A stretch of 36,195 nt of DNA from a virus (IMGVR_UViG_3300011335_000134:1-36195); one strand, 5' to 3'. Positions 18,719 through 27,628 are shown, counted from the first letter of the stretch. A program made the numbers and translations. Notes: generated from the sequence alone by a model not told the origin.

Positions 18719-18725
18719 TATTTAG
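18719..18725 (-). promoter_or_regulatory. T4-late-like promoter box CTAAATA heading the terL operon
   Basis: Immediately after the upstream stop codon. Confidence 0.6.
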
Positions 18726-19277
18726 TTACAATAATGTTTGATTTGCGTCAAATGTCTGATTTGGTTGATCCATAGTAGTATTAAAGAAACCAGGACCAGG
18801 ATTAAATGGCACATTGTAGCCTGGATCTATAATACCAGGACCTGGCATACCACCTTTACCACCGCCACCACCTTTACCACGCATTGGAGGAGTTGGACCA
18901 CCTGGTTGTGGAGCAGGCATACCTGGTTGTAATGGACCTTGACCTGGATTGACTTGTCTTGGATTACCATAGCGTCTTGGGTCACCTGCTGGTGCTCGCT
19001 GACGAGTATATGGACCAGTCATATCACCTGGTTGTGGCCTTGCGCCTGCTGGAGGAATCATACCACCACCTGGCATAAAGCGATTACCACCAGGTTGATA
19101 TAAATCACCTTGTTGTGGAGGCATACCAGGGATAGGAGCAGGACCGCCTATGGCTCTTGGAGGACCACCAAAGTTAAATTGGGCGCCCATACCTCCACCA
19201 ACTGGATTACCATTGTAGTCCATACCACCACCGCCAGAAGCGCGAGTGTCAGGACGATATTGAGATGTTGCACCCAT
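18726..19277 (-). CDS. Gly/Pro/Gln-rich intrinsically disordered protein (183 aa)
   Basis: Low-complexity composition; fills the gap between neighbours exactly. Confidence 0.75.
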   Translation of the reverse strand: MGATSQYRPDTRASGGGGMDYNGNPVGGGMGAQFNFGGPPRAIGGPAPIPGMPPQQGDLYQPGGNRFMPGGGMIPPAGARPQPGDMTGPYTRQRAPAGDPRRYGNPRQVNPGQGPLQPGMPAPQPGGPTPPMRGKGGGGGKGGMPGPGIIDPGYNVPFNPGPGFFNTTMDQPNQTFDANQTLL

Positions 19278-19282
19278 GATGT

Positions 19283-19570
19283 TTACTTCTTATACTTAGA
19301 TGGCAAACGGCTTCCGTCAGCAGTAGCGTTCTTCTTAGGACCTGTATTAGTGTTACCACTGATACCTTCTAATGCTGGATTGACTTTAGCGGCTGTGCCA
19401 CGACCACGCATCTCTAGTGCGTCAGTGACCATTTTGGCCAAGGTTGCTTTTTCACTTGAACTTGCGCTCTTCTCACTTTGAAACGCATCGCGTTTACTTG
19501 TTGTGCCTAAGTTGCCTGTGGTAGGACCACGCTTTTGATTGATAGGCTTGCTTTGTGGATTTGTTGACAT
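19283..19570 (-). CDS. Small basic disordered protein with INQKRGPTTGN motif
   Basis: AAGGA RBS; motif shared with 19937..20278. Confidence 0.8.
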   Translation of the reverse strand: MSTNPQSKPINQKRGPTTGNLGTTSKRDAFQSEKSASSSEKATLAKMVTDALEMRGRGTAAKVNPALEGISGNTNTGPKKNATADGSRLPSKYKK

Positions 19571-19580
19571 GTTGTTTTCC

Positions 19581-19937
19581 TTATACTAAATTAACTGGAG
19601 TAACATATACTGCTGTTGAACTTGCGGCAATTGCGGCAAAAAAGATTTCAACTGGAGCCTGTCCACCTGTGTTTACTTTGATATATTCTGTAGTGCCTGG
19701 AGCAATACATGTGCTACCTGTGTTGGTTGCTGTTACTGGGATAACTGCTGTAGGAGCAGTTGTGCCTGTTTCAAAAAACACAGGCACAGTGGCACTTGTG
19801 TTTACTACTTTTAAGAAGTTTGGACCATTAGAACCATCTTGTCCTTGGTTGGCACCTGCTGGAGCAATACTGCTACCACTTGATGAGGCTGTTGCTGTTA
19901 GGGCTACTGTTGGGCCTGCTACAATGTATGCGTTCAT
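19581..19937 (-). CDS. Small beta-sandwich protein, possible capsid decoration or structural protein
   Basis: 118 aa, Ala/Thr-rich alternating beta pattern (LKVVN.S...VFF...IAPG...VYVTP). Confidence 0.6.
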   Translation of the reverse strand: MNAYIVAGPTVALTATASSSGSSIAPAGANQGQDGSNGPNFLKVVNTSATVPVFFETGTTAPTAVIPVTATNTGSTCIAPGTTEYIKVNTGGQAPVEIFFAAIAASSTAVYVTPVNLV

Positions 19938-20278
19938 TATCGTTGATTCCCTTTAGTTGGACCACGACCTACATTGATCTTGTCTGCGTTGCCTTTGTAG
20001 TTTTGTGTGGCACTTGGATCAAATGCTCTTGTAGCACCATCGCTTACTGCTTGACGCTTTTGTGGATTGCTACTACCTCTGACCATTTCCATATCACATG
20101 AAGGCATCTTTGTGCCACCACCTGTAGGACCGCGACCTTTGTTGATCATGGCATTTGGATTGGTTGTCTGGTGTTGATTGCCACTGTATTTTGATGTGCC
20201 TTTATCAAACCCTGAGTTTGATGTGCCTGTGGCCGCATTGTAACCAGAAACGGCTCTTTGGCTGCTTGCTTCGTTCAT
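19937..20278 (-). CDS. Disordered protein with two IN.GRGPT.G repeats
   Basis: AAAGGA RBS; INKGRGPTGG and INVGRGPTKGN. Confidence 0.8.
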   Translation of the reverse strand: MNEASSQRAVSGYNAATGTSNSGFDKGTSKYSGNQHQTTNPNAMINKGRGPTGGGTKMPSCDMEMVRGSSNPQKRQAVSDGATRAFDPSATQNYKGNADKINVGRGPTKGNQR

Positions 20279-20302
20279 TTTAAGTTTCCTTTTAACATAA
20301 AG

Positions 20303-20653
20303 TTATTTAGCGTCTGGACTAACGCCCACAAGTTTGGCCATGGCTTCTGCAAAGGCCGCTTGTTTTGCTTCAATAGCATCCTTGCTATCTGTAATCTCTG
20401 CTTCAATAATAGTTGTAGCAGTCTTATCTAGAATCATCTTTTCGTAAACAACACGATTGCGTGTATCACCTGAATTGATTGTATCAATATAACCTTCCAT
20501 CAGCGCAACAACAAAGGGCTTGCCCAACATGTTCTCTGCTGTGTCAAGAATCTCTTTGGCTGTTAGCCTATTACTTGTGCCTTTTGGACGGCCAGCACCT
20601 GCTCTGGCACCTCCGTGCTTCTTTTCATTACTAATATTTTCTGTGTTTTCCAT
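20303..20653 (-). CDS. Terminase small subunit-like protein (116 aa)
   Basis: HGGARAGAGRPKG.SN motif typical of TerS-like N-termini, followed by helices; start at ATG 20653 set by the CTAAATAACACTATG element. Confidence 0.7.
   Translation of the reverse strand: MENTENISNEKKHGGARAGAGRPKGTSNRLTAKEILDTAENMLGKPFVVALMEGYIDTINSGDTRNRVVYEKMILDKTATTIIEAEITDSKDAIEAKQAAFAEAMAKLVGVSPDAK
20304..20310 (-). promoter_or_regulatory. T4-late-like promoter box CTAAATA
   Basis: Overlaps the TerS stop; 25 nt upstream of ATG 20278. Confidence 0.55.
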
Positions 20654-20658
20654 AGTGT

Positions 20659-20691
20659 TATTTAGCATCATTAAGTCAACAGGCTTAAATA
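20659..20691. promoter_or_regulatory. Back-to-back TAAATA boxes (divergent late-type promoters)
   Basis: Minus CTAAATA (20659-20665)-ACACT-ATG of TerS; plus TTAAATA (20685-20691) upstream of AAAGGA RBS and ATG 20713. Confidence 0.65.
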
Positions 20692-20712
20692 GCTTACTTG
20701 AAAGGATTTGAA

Positions 20713-21204
20713 ATGAACTATACATGGATGCCCGCAACGGGCGCAGATGTTCAAGACATCGTAAACATGGCAGAAGCCAACTTCCAGTCAGAGATTGATA
20801 ATATCTTTACACCTGAGCCTATAGCATACGCAAGGAATGTTATGCTGAGTGTTGTAAGCCAATTTTATCTACCCACTACTGAATTACTTTATATTGCTAG
20901 AGAGAATGAAACTGGCAAACTCTTGTGCTACACATGGGCCAAGAGCAGAGACTATGCAGCCTGGAGTGATGACCAAATGGTTGCCATTAGAATGGTTCAT
21001 CTTGATTTGGATCTAAGTCCTAGACTGCGTGTCAAATTGATTGTTGAAATGATGGATATGTGGGAACAGTTTGCTAGAGCGGCTGGAGCACCAATCATAT
21101 GCAGTAACACAATGCGACATGACCAAAGCGCATTTCTTAAACTGCATAAACGCATGGGATACGATGTGCGTGGATCCTATGCTTATAAAAGGTTGAGTGC
21201 TTAA
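20713..21204 (+). CDS. GNAT-family acetyltransferase-like protein
   Basis: W.PAT.AD..DI N-terminus, YIARE..GKLL.Y, VHLD.DL..R.R and FLKLHKRMGY C-terminal motif; AAAGGA RBS; only credible plus-strand gene. Confidence 0.65.
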   Translation: MNYTWMPATGADVQDIVNMAEANFQSEIDNIFTPEPIAYARNVMLSVVSQFYLPTTELLYIARENETGKLLCYTWAKSRDYAAWSDDQMVAIRMVHLDLDLSPRLRVKLIVEMMDMWEQFARAAGAPIICSNTMRHDQSAFLKLHKRMGYDVRGSYAYKRLSA

Positions 21205-21290
21205 CAAACTGGCCTGCCTATTCCTTGATGCCCCAGTTAGAAAGACACAAAATCTGCTGGGTTCTTGATAGCACTCTTGGTGTCTTAACT

Positions 21291-21722
21291 TTATTCTAGA
21301 GTTGACCTATACATCCAAATGTGCTTTTCTAAAGCAAGCACACGATCCTGTGCGTAGTTGGCAATTTGGTCTTCGCCTTCTTCAGTGGCAATAGTGATAA
21401 GTTCTCTATGTTCTTTGGCAAGGTATTCTAAGTCTTCCATACCTGCTTCAATAAGTTCATCTGCTGTGCCTTCAATGGCATCTGTTGAAATGTTTGCGTC
21501 ATCTAGCACTTCTTGTATATCACAAGGCATGTATTCTTGTAAAGTGCGTAAGAGTTCACCTAGTGTATCAATTTGGCTCTGTAGGTCTTCATAAGTCTTT
21601 TGTAGCAACTTGTGATCGCTGGCAAAGTTGCGGCCCACAATGTTTACATGTGCCGCATGGCTACGGAAATAAGCGACAAAGTTGTCTTTAAAGATTTGGG
21701 TTAGTGCTTCTGTTGTTGTCAT
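21291..21722 (-). CDS. dps: Dps / ferritin-like DNA-protection protein
   Basis: H(V)NIVG.NF...H, D...E with H-x11-H-x14-D-x3-E ferroxidase spacing intact; C-terminal EKHIWM. Confidence 0.92.
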   Translation of the reverse strand: MTTTEALTQIFKDNFVAYFRSHAAHVNIVGRNFASDHKLLQKTYEDLQSQIDTLGELLRTLQEYMPCDIQEVLDDANISTDAIEGTADELIEAGMEDLEYLAKEHRELITIATEEGEDQIANYAQDRVLALEKHIWMYRSTLE

Positions 21723-21726
21723 AGTG

Positions 21727-24207
21727 TTATTTACCCTTTTTTGGTTTTGGTTCTTTTGGATCTACTCGTGCTATTTCTTTACCACCAGACATATTGTCGC
21801 CTTCAACAAGTTTGTATCCTTTGGTTCCTAAATGATGGTTTGGTTCAATTTGTTGTATCCTATAAGTTGGAGTAGTTGCGGTAGCAGGCCTAATCCATTC
21901 TTCCCCTACTATATTATTATAACCAATTCCATATTCTTTTTTAATATTGAATACATCTCTTCCGCCTAACTGTTCTAATATGCCGTTAAACTTTTTATCT
22001 GTAATTTCAGGTTTAAAACTACTTCCTTTTCTTTCTGTAATTATTGGTCCAATTTTTTCATAATCGTGGGCACCACCTTCTTCAGCAAATTGTTTAGCAC
22101 GATTAGATAATGCTGGCATATTTGTAGGACGATAATGTATAGTGTAAGATGGTTCAGATGATCTTATTATATTTGCTTGTGCTTCACTCAATGGCAGAGA
22201 CTGAGTGCCATATTTCAAATTCTTAAATTGATTTACAGCAAGAGAAGTTGGAGTAGTTAAATCTTTTTCAACATTGACTATTATGCTTTGGGCTACGGTT
22301 CTTTTCTTACCAAGGTCATCCCAGTATTGTTCTTCAGTTTGTCCTTTTTTAAGTTTAGGCTCCCCTTCGTTTTTTCCATAATTTTTAATGTAATAGTCTT
22401 TCACTTCAGCAGGTGTTAAAACATTATAATCCCAAGAAGTTACTTGATTTGGCCCTGGTTTTACTACTTTAGTTGCTTGTATGCGATTATACATATCTTG
22501 AAGTTTAGGATCTAATGCATTAGACAAACCAATTGGACGGCCTGGTTGATATGGATGTTCAATAGCAGATACATTACCAAATATTTGTTCTATTTGTGGT
22601 ATTACTTTAATTCGTTCTGCGTTATTGGATAATTTAGAATAGTTTTCTAATAATTGTTTTTGTTCTGGTGTAAAGTGAGAATATCTATTAAATGCTTCAT
22701 CTGGTAAAACACGAGACATCTTTTCTGCCAATGCTGGTTCTGTATTCATTCCAAGTCCTTTTACTGCTGGAGTATTTACAGGAGCAGTTGCCACAGGTGT
22801 AGCCGCCGCAGGAACAGGTGCCATTTCAACAGGAGCAATAGGCGTAACAGGTTGTTCAGCCACTGGAGCACGATATCTATCACCCATAACTCGTTGTGCT
22901 TTTTGTGCTACAGTTTCTTGTGCGGCTGCTTGTAATGGAGTTGTTGGTGGTGTTATCTTTTCTGCTGCCATTTGTTGAGCAACAGCCGCAGGACTTACTG
23001 GACGCATTGTGGGTCTTGCTGTTTGTGCCTGGCCTGTATCAATTTGGTAAGGTAAGTTAAAACTTTCACCTTCAATGTTGACACGACGACCTGGACCACC
23101 CATTGGAATAACTGTAGGAGTTGGTTCAGGACTATAACCCAATTGTGGCTGAGCAGGTGGCATTGGTGCTGGTGGCATTGGAATTGATCCTGGACTTACT
23201 GGACCACTTACTGTGCCACCAGGATATGGTTTACCAGATTTTAGTGCGGCTGCTTCAGCAGTGGTCAATGGAGTAAAGCCATAACGAGATAATTCATTTG
23301 CGGCACGAACACCTTGAACACCTTGATAAGCCTTCATACCAAGACGAGCCACTGTGGGCACACCTGCCATGAAGTAATCACCTGCTATTTCAGCACCCAG
23401 TTTGTAAGGATTGCGATAATCTTGTCCCAGTTGTTCACCAAACGCACGAAGCCCTTGTCCTTCAAACGGAACAGTTCCGCCTGTTCTGGCTAAAGCCTTT
23501 TGTGGCAACTCACTTGTAGGACGAGTTTGTAAATTTGGTGTTTCAACTTCACCTGCTCTCCAACGAGCCAATTCTTCTTGTGGAATGTAAGTTTCACCAA
23601 TGGGTTGACGAGCACTGGCCTGTTGTCCAGGTCTTGGACGAGCACCAGGTCTTGCAACATCACCGCTAAATCCACCATACACACCTTGACCAACATCAAC
23701 AGCACCACGAACAGTATTCACTGCTCCACGACCAACTGCTCCTGCCACTTTGGGAACTACTGGTCCAGCGGCAAGCATAACAGAATTTACCATACTGGCA
23801 ACATCGCCTTCTGGTAAACCAGTATATTCACTTACAGGACGCACTACATTTTGTTGTATGCCTTCGCCAATAACTTTACCTGCACTACGCAAGGGTGCAT
23901 TTTCATATCCAGGTGTGCCAGTAACGCCAGTTAGTTTCCCAACTTGATCATTCCATAAAAATTTATCTGCCATCTGAGCAGCCTGTTGTTCAGGTTGGCC
24001 TACAAACCTACCAACATTATAGGCTGCTTCTCTTACAGCGGCTCCTGGTAATCCTAAAGCTGTATCAGCCAAACTGGCCGCACTACGCCCAAAGGTTTGT
24101 AGTGCTGACTCAGCTGGTTGTTGACTCATTAAGATCTTGCGTTTTGCTTCTGCAGGATCTGTAATGTCAATATCGTAATGTTGTCCTTGATATTCGTATA
24201 TTGGCAT
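21727..24207 (-). CDS. Internal virion (ejection) protein, 826 aa, with Pro/Ala linker and AT-rich C-terminal domain
   Basis: MPIYEYQGQHYD start typical of ejection proteins; Gly/Ala amphipathic N-half; last gene of the ejection cluster. Confidence 0.7.
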   Translation of the reverse strand: MPIYEYQGQHYDIDITDPAEAKRKILMSQQPAESALQTFGRSAASLADTALGLPGAAVREAAYNVGRFVGQPEQQAAQMADKFLWNDQVGKLTGVTGTPGYENAPLRSAGKVIGEGIQQNVVRPVSEYTGLPEGDVASMVNSVMLAAGPVVPKVAGAVGRGAVNTVRGAVDVGQGVYGGFSGDVARPGARPRPGQQASARQPIGETYIPQEELARWRAGEVETPNLQTRPTSELPQKALARTGGTVPFEGQGLRAFGEQLGQDYRNPYKLGAEIAGDYFMAGVPTVARLGMKAYQGVQGVRAANELSRYGFTPLTTAEAAALKSGKPYPGGTVSGPVSPGSIPMPPAPMPPAQPQLGYSPEPTPTVIPMGGPGRRVNIEGESFNLPYQIDTGQAQTARPTMRPVSPAAVAQQMAAEKITPPTTPLQAAAQETVAQKAQRVMGDRYRAPVAEQPVTPIAPVEMAPVPAAATPVATAPVNTPAVKGLGMNTEPALAEKMSRVLPDEAFNRYSHFTPEQKQLLENYSKLSNNAERIKVIPQIEQIFGNVSAIEHPYQPGRPIGLSNALDPKLQDMYNRIQATKVVKPGPNQVTSWDYNVLTPAEVKDYYIKNYGKNEGEPKLKKGQTEEQYWDDLGKKRTVAQSIIVNVEKDLTTPTSLAVNQFKNLKYGTQSLPLSEAQANIIRSSEPSYTIHYRPTNMPALSNRAKQFAEEGGAHDYEKIGPIITERKGSSFKPEITDKKFNGILEQLGGRDVFNIKKEYGIGYNNIVGEEWIRPATATTPTYRIQQIEPNHHLGTKGYKLVEGDNMSGGKEIARVDPKEPKPKKGK
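21728..21734 (-). promoter_or_regulatory. TAAATA box with leaderless start of dps
   Basis: GTAAATA-ACACT-ATG(21722); same spacer as at 10342 and 20659. Confidence 0.65.
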
Positions 24208-24208
24208 G

Positions 24209-26842
24209 TTATTTCAACTTAATTGGATTTTGTGCAGAGCCTAATGGAGCATTATTTTTAGGAACTGCTGTGGCAGCGCCACCACCACCACTGGCAATTT
24301 CACTTTCTGGTTTTGTGCCAAACTTGGGTGCTTGACCCAGTTTAACACGGTTACGATCAATACCACGAGTGATAATGTTGTTGAAATCTTGTGCGGCTGT
24401 TTTAAATTCTTTTTCACTTTGACTTGTGCTCATGCGTTGAATAGCTTTGGTTGCAGTTTCGCCTTCAAGGTTACTTAGGGCACCCATACCACGCAAGTTT
24501 TCAATTGCTTGTAGAAAACTCTGACCGCCAACTTCTTTGAATCTGGCTTGCCAATCTGAAGCATCAGTGCCTTCAAGGATAGGTTCTTTGGTTAAACCAA
24601 AACCATAACTCAAGCCCTTGCGACCAACACTGGTTTCAAAACCAGGATGTGCAACCAACTCATTGATTTTAGTAACCAAGTAATCTGCATTGGCTTCTGC
24701 TTTACCTTGGTTAGCACGAATAGTTCCAATGTCTTTACCAGTGATTTCTGCTTCTTCTTTGGCTTTGGTCCTGCCTGCTTCTCTTTCAGACACAATGTCT
24801 GCTGGAGACTGTGTCACCACTGGCTTCTGAGCAACTGCTGGTGCGGCTGGTAGTTGTCCAGGAGCAACTGAACCACCTGCTGGCGCTTGAGTAGCACCTG
24901 CTGTGCCTGCTGGTAATGGAGTTGGAGGAATTGCGCCACCCTGTGCTACACCTGGTTTGAGTGTGCCTTCAGGCGTAAAGTATTGAGGATTTTGTGTTTT
25001 ATAATCTTCAGCAAAGCGTGTGCCATTCTCAGCATCAAACTTACCATAGAATTCAAGTGCGGCTTTAGGAGCCAGGAAGCGTGTTTGCTCTTGTAGTTTT
25101 TGTCTTTGACTTGCAAGTTGATCTGACAAGGTGCCAGCAACGCTTGTCTTACGCAGACTATTGGCTTGTTCTTCTGTGGCAATTTTACCAGTGCCAACTT
25201 GACGATATTGACTACCACCAGGCTTGCGTTCTAATACCCAGTTGCCAGAAATTTTACCAGTAGGATCCATATAAGTTCCTGCTTCTACTTCAGTTCCTTT
25301 TTGTGCTGTGGCACCTGCGGCAACTTTGATTAGTTCATCTTGTGTTAGGTCTTTTTGTGTGTCAGCACTATAACCGCTAAGTGGTTTGCCACTTTCGCCT
25401 ATTTTGATTAGGTATGCTTTATTATCAGCACCCATAACTGCTACTTCTCTACCAAAGCCTAATTTGTCAGACTCTTCTGCGGCATGGCCATCCATACGCA
25501 ACATTTTATACATCCACAGTTTGACAGCAGAACCTTCTTCAGTTTTCTTGCGTAATACTTTAGCGGATTCAGTTGGAGTCATGCGAGACGCTTGCTCTTG
25601 GGCATTGGCCATTATGCGTTCTTGCTGAACCAAATCTGCCGCACGATTTCTAGCACGCTCTTTAATATAAGTTGGAACATTAGGATCATCACTAACACCC
25701 AACTTCATCAGTTCCATTGGATTGTCTTGAACTTTCTGATATGCGTCAATGGCACCTGCACTACTTGCTACAGGTTGTCGTGCGCCTAAACTATAGTCAA
25801 CTGCTCCTCTACCTGGATCCATGTTTCCTGTTGCTTGTCTGCGTTCATAATCAGCAACTTGGTTATTGATTACGCTATCATCTGGAGCAACAGGAGCAAC
25901 ACCTTCAAAGGCTGCGTTGCCTGGTCTGTTGCGATCATATGTTGGTTGTCCGCCTTCATAGGCAGCGTTGCCTGGTCTGTTGCGATCATATGCTTCAAAT
26001 CCACTGCTGCCTACATTGGCAGGTGGTTGTTGTAATGTGCCAGCCTGAGCACTTGGAATAACTGCTTCAACAACATTGCCAACACCACGCATTACTTTAT
26101 CTAAGTAGCCTTGTGTTTCTTGTGGTGCTTGTGCCACATTAAATTGGCCTTGATTGCGACCCATGTTGCGTTCAACAGCACCAGGACCTGCGTTATAAGC
26201 CGCAACACCTGCTGATTCACCAAAGCGATTACGCATGGCTGTTGAATAGTTCTGTCCAAACTCTTGATTAAGTGCTTGGTTAGCCAATAGTTGTTTTGCT
26301 GTTGCTTCACTACGATCAGGCACTTCAATACCACGCTGTTGTGCTAGAGTAAAGATATCTGGAACACCATAGCCTGGTTGCATTGCTGTAGCAGGCATAA
26401 TCTGAGCAATACCTAAAGCACCCTTAGGACTGGTCATTATTTGACCTTGACGATCATTTTGTCTGTTGCCTGATTCTGCTCTTAATTGATTCTGAAATAT
26501 GTCATCTGGAGCAACAGCAACTACAGGAGCACGAGACTGCTGACGCTGTTGGCCTTGTGGCGCTACTGGACTAATATTAGGACGGCCAGGTGCGTTGGCT
26601 GTGGCAGGAACTTCTGCTACATTGGTAATAGTTTTGCTACCATTAGCATAGGTAGTTACTTCTTGTTTGTGAACTGCTAGGTTGTCACGCTCTTTGGCAA
26701 GTCGTTCGTTCTCTTTACGAGCAAGTTCTTCTTCCTTACGCTTGCGTTCTTCTTCTTCACGCTGAGCAATGGCTTCTGCGGCTTGGTCAACATAACCAGT
26801 CACATTTCCCATTGGGTCGTATCCGTAATCTTCGTATGCCAT
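24209..26842 (-). CDS. Internal virion (ejection) protein with soluble lytic transglycosylase (SLT) domain
   Basis: AESG (catalytic Glu), SPKGALGIAQIMP, AAYNAGPG and ETQGY; C-terminal GALSN.EG motif typical of DNA-transfer proteins. Confidence 0.88.
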   Translation of the reverse strand: MAYEDYGYDPMGNVTGYVDQAAEAIAQREEEERKRKEEELARKENERLAKERDNLAVHKQEVTTYANGSKTITNVAEVPATANAPGRPNISPVAPQGQQRQQSRAPVVAVAPDDIFQNQLRAESGNRQNDRQGQIMTSPKGALGIAQIMPATAMQPGYGVPDIFTLAQQRGIEVPDRSEATAKQLLANQALNQEFGQNYSTAMRNRFGESAGVAAYNAGPGAVERNMGRNQGQFNVAQAPQETQGYLDKVMRGVGNVVEAVIPSAQAGTLQQPPANVGSSGFEAYDRNRPGNAAYEGGQPTYDRNRPGNAAFEGVAPVAPDDSVINNQVADYERRQATGNMDPGRGAVDYSLGARQPVASSAGAIDAYQKVQDNPMELMKLGVSDDPNVPTYIKERARNRAADLVQQERIMANAQEQASRMTPTESAKVLRKKTEEGSAVKLWMYKMLRMDGHAAEESDKLGFGREVAVMGADNKAYLIKIGESGKPLSGYSADTQKDLTQDELIKVAAGATAQKGTEVEAGTYMDPTGKISGNWVLERKPGGSQYRQVGTGKIATEEQANSLRKTSVAGTLSDQLASQRQKLQEQTRFLAPKAALEFYGKFDAENGTRFAEDYKTQNPQYFTPEGTLKPGVAQGGAIPPTPLPAGTAGATQAPAGGSVAPGQLPAAPAVAQKPVVTQSPADIVSEREAGRTKAKEEAEITGKDIGTIRANQGKAEANADYLVTKINELVAHPGFETSVGRKGLSYGFGLTKEPILEGTDASDWQARFKEVGGQSFLQAIENLRGMGALSNLEGETATKAIQRMSTSQSEKEFKTAAQDFNNIITRGIDRNRVKLGQAPKFGTKPESEIASGGGGAATAVPKNNAPLGSAQNPIKLK
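25902..25992. repeat. Intragenic repeat with 51-bp period (YDRNRPGNAA[YF]EG x2)
   Basis: Near-identical copies starting at 25902 and 25953. Confidence 0.9.
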
Positions 26843-26855
26843 ATATTAGATTCCT

Positions 26856-27596
26856 TTATTTAATTGGGGCATACATATCGCTCCACTTAGCACCAATATT
26901 ATAACCAGACTGGTTAGTTGTTTGTCCAACTGGTCCATAGTTGTTATAACTTGACGCTGGTGTTCCAAATGCCAGTGTGCCATATCTGTTAAACAAGTCT
27001 TGCGGAGCGCCAGCGGCATTCAATCTTGAAGCATAAGCACTCATAGCATTGTTTAATCCAGACTGTCCAATACCTGCTAATTGACTTGCGGCAGCGGCTC
27101 GTTGTTGAGCAATCTGATTACTAACACCTGCGGCTGTTTGTGCTTGTAGGGCTTGGTTAGCACCTGCGGCTTGACGACCTGCTAAGGCTTGTCTTGCGCT
27201 ACCTAATCCACCAGCACCACCAAACTGCGCTTGTTGTTGAGCAATGTTCTGTTGATACTGTCCTTGTGCTGGAGCCAGTGCGGCTTGGATTTGATTTGCT
27301 TCGTAATTCTTACCAAACAAGTTCTCTAAGCCACTGACACCAGTGCGTAGGGCTGACTCACCTGTTTCACCAAGTGTCATACCTGCTTGGCCAGCTGTGC
27401 GTCCCAAGTCTTGAGCGGCTCGTTCATAGCCTGGCGCCATTCTATTGTATAATTCAGTGCCACGACCTAGGACATCCTGGTATGTGGGCTGAACTGTTTT
27501 AGTAAAGAAGTCTGTTTGCGCTTTAATATATTGCTTTTGTTCATCACTTAGATTAGGGATTGTAGTTGAACTGCCCCCACTTTTTCCAAAACTCAT
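26856..27596 (-). CDS. DNA transfer/pilot-type ejection protein (Gln/Ala/Gly-rich, 246 aa)
   Basis: G.SGGSSTT start, GGLGSARQALA motif and helical Q/A runs; position before the SLT protein. Confidence 0.7.
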   Translation of the reverse strand: MSFGKSGGSSTTIPNLSDEQKQYIKAQTDFFTKTVQPTYQDVLGRGTELYNRMAPGYERAAQDLGRTAGQAGMTLGETGESALRTGVSGLENLFGKNYEANQIQAALAPAQGQYQQNIAQQQAQFGGAGGLGSARQALAGRQAAGANQALQAQTAAGVSNQIAQQRAAAASQLAGIGQSGLNNAMSAYASRLNAAGAPQDLFNRYGTLAFGTPASSYNNYGPVGQTTNQSGYNIGAKWSDMYAPIK

Positions 27597-27617
27597 ATTC
27601 GTTTTCCTTTAATGTAA

Positions 27618-27624
27618 TATTTAG
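27618..27624 (-). promoter_or_regulatory. T4-late-like promoter box CTAAATA heading the ejection-protein operon
   Basis: Intergenic, 21 nt before ATG 27596. Confidence 0.65.
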
Positions 27625-27628
27625 TCAT

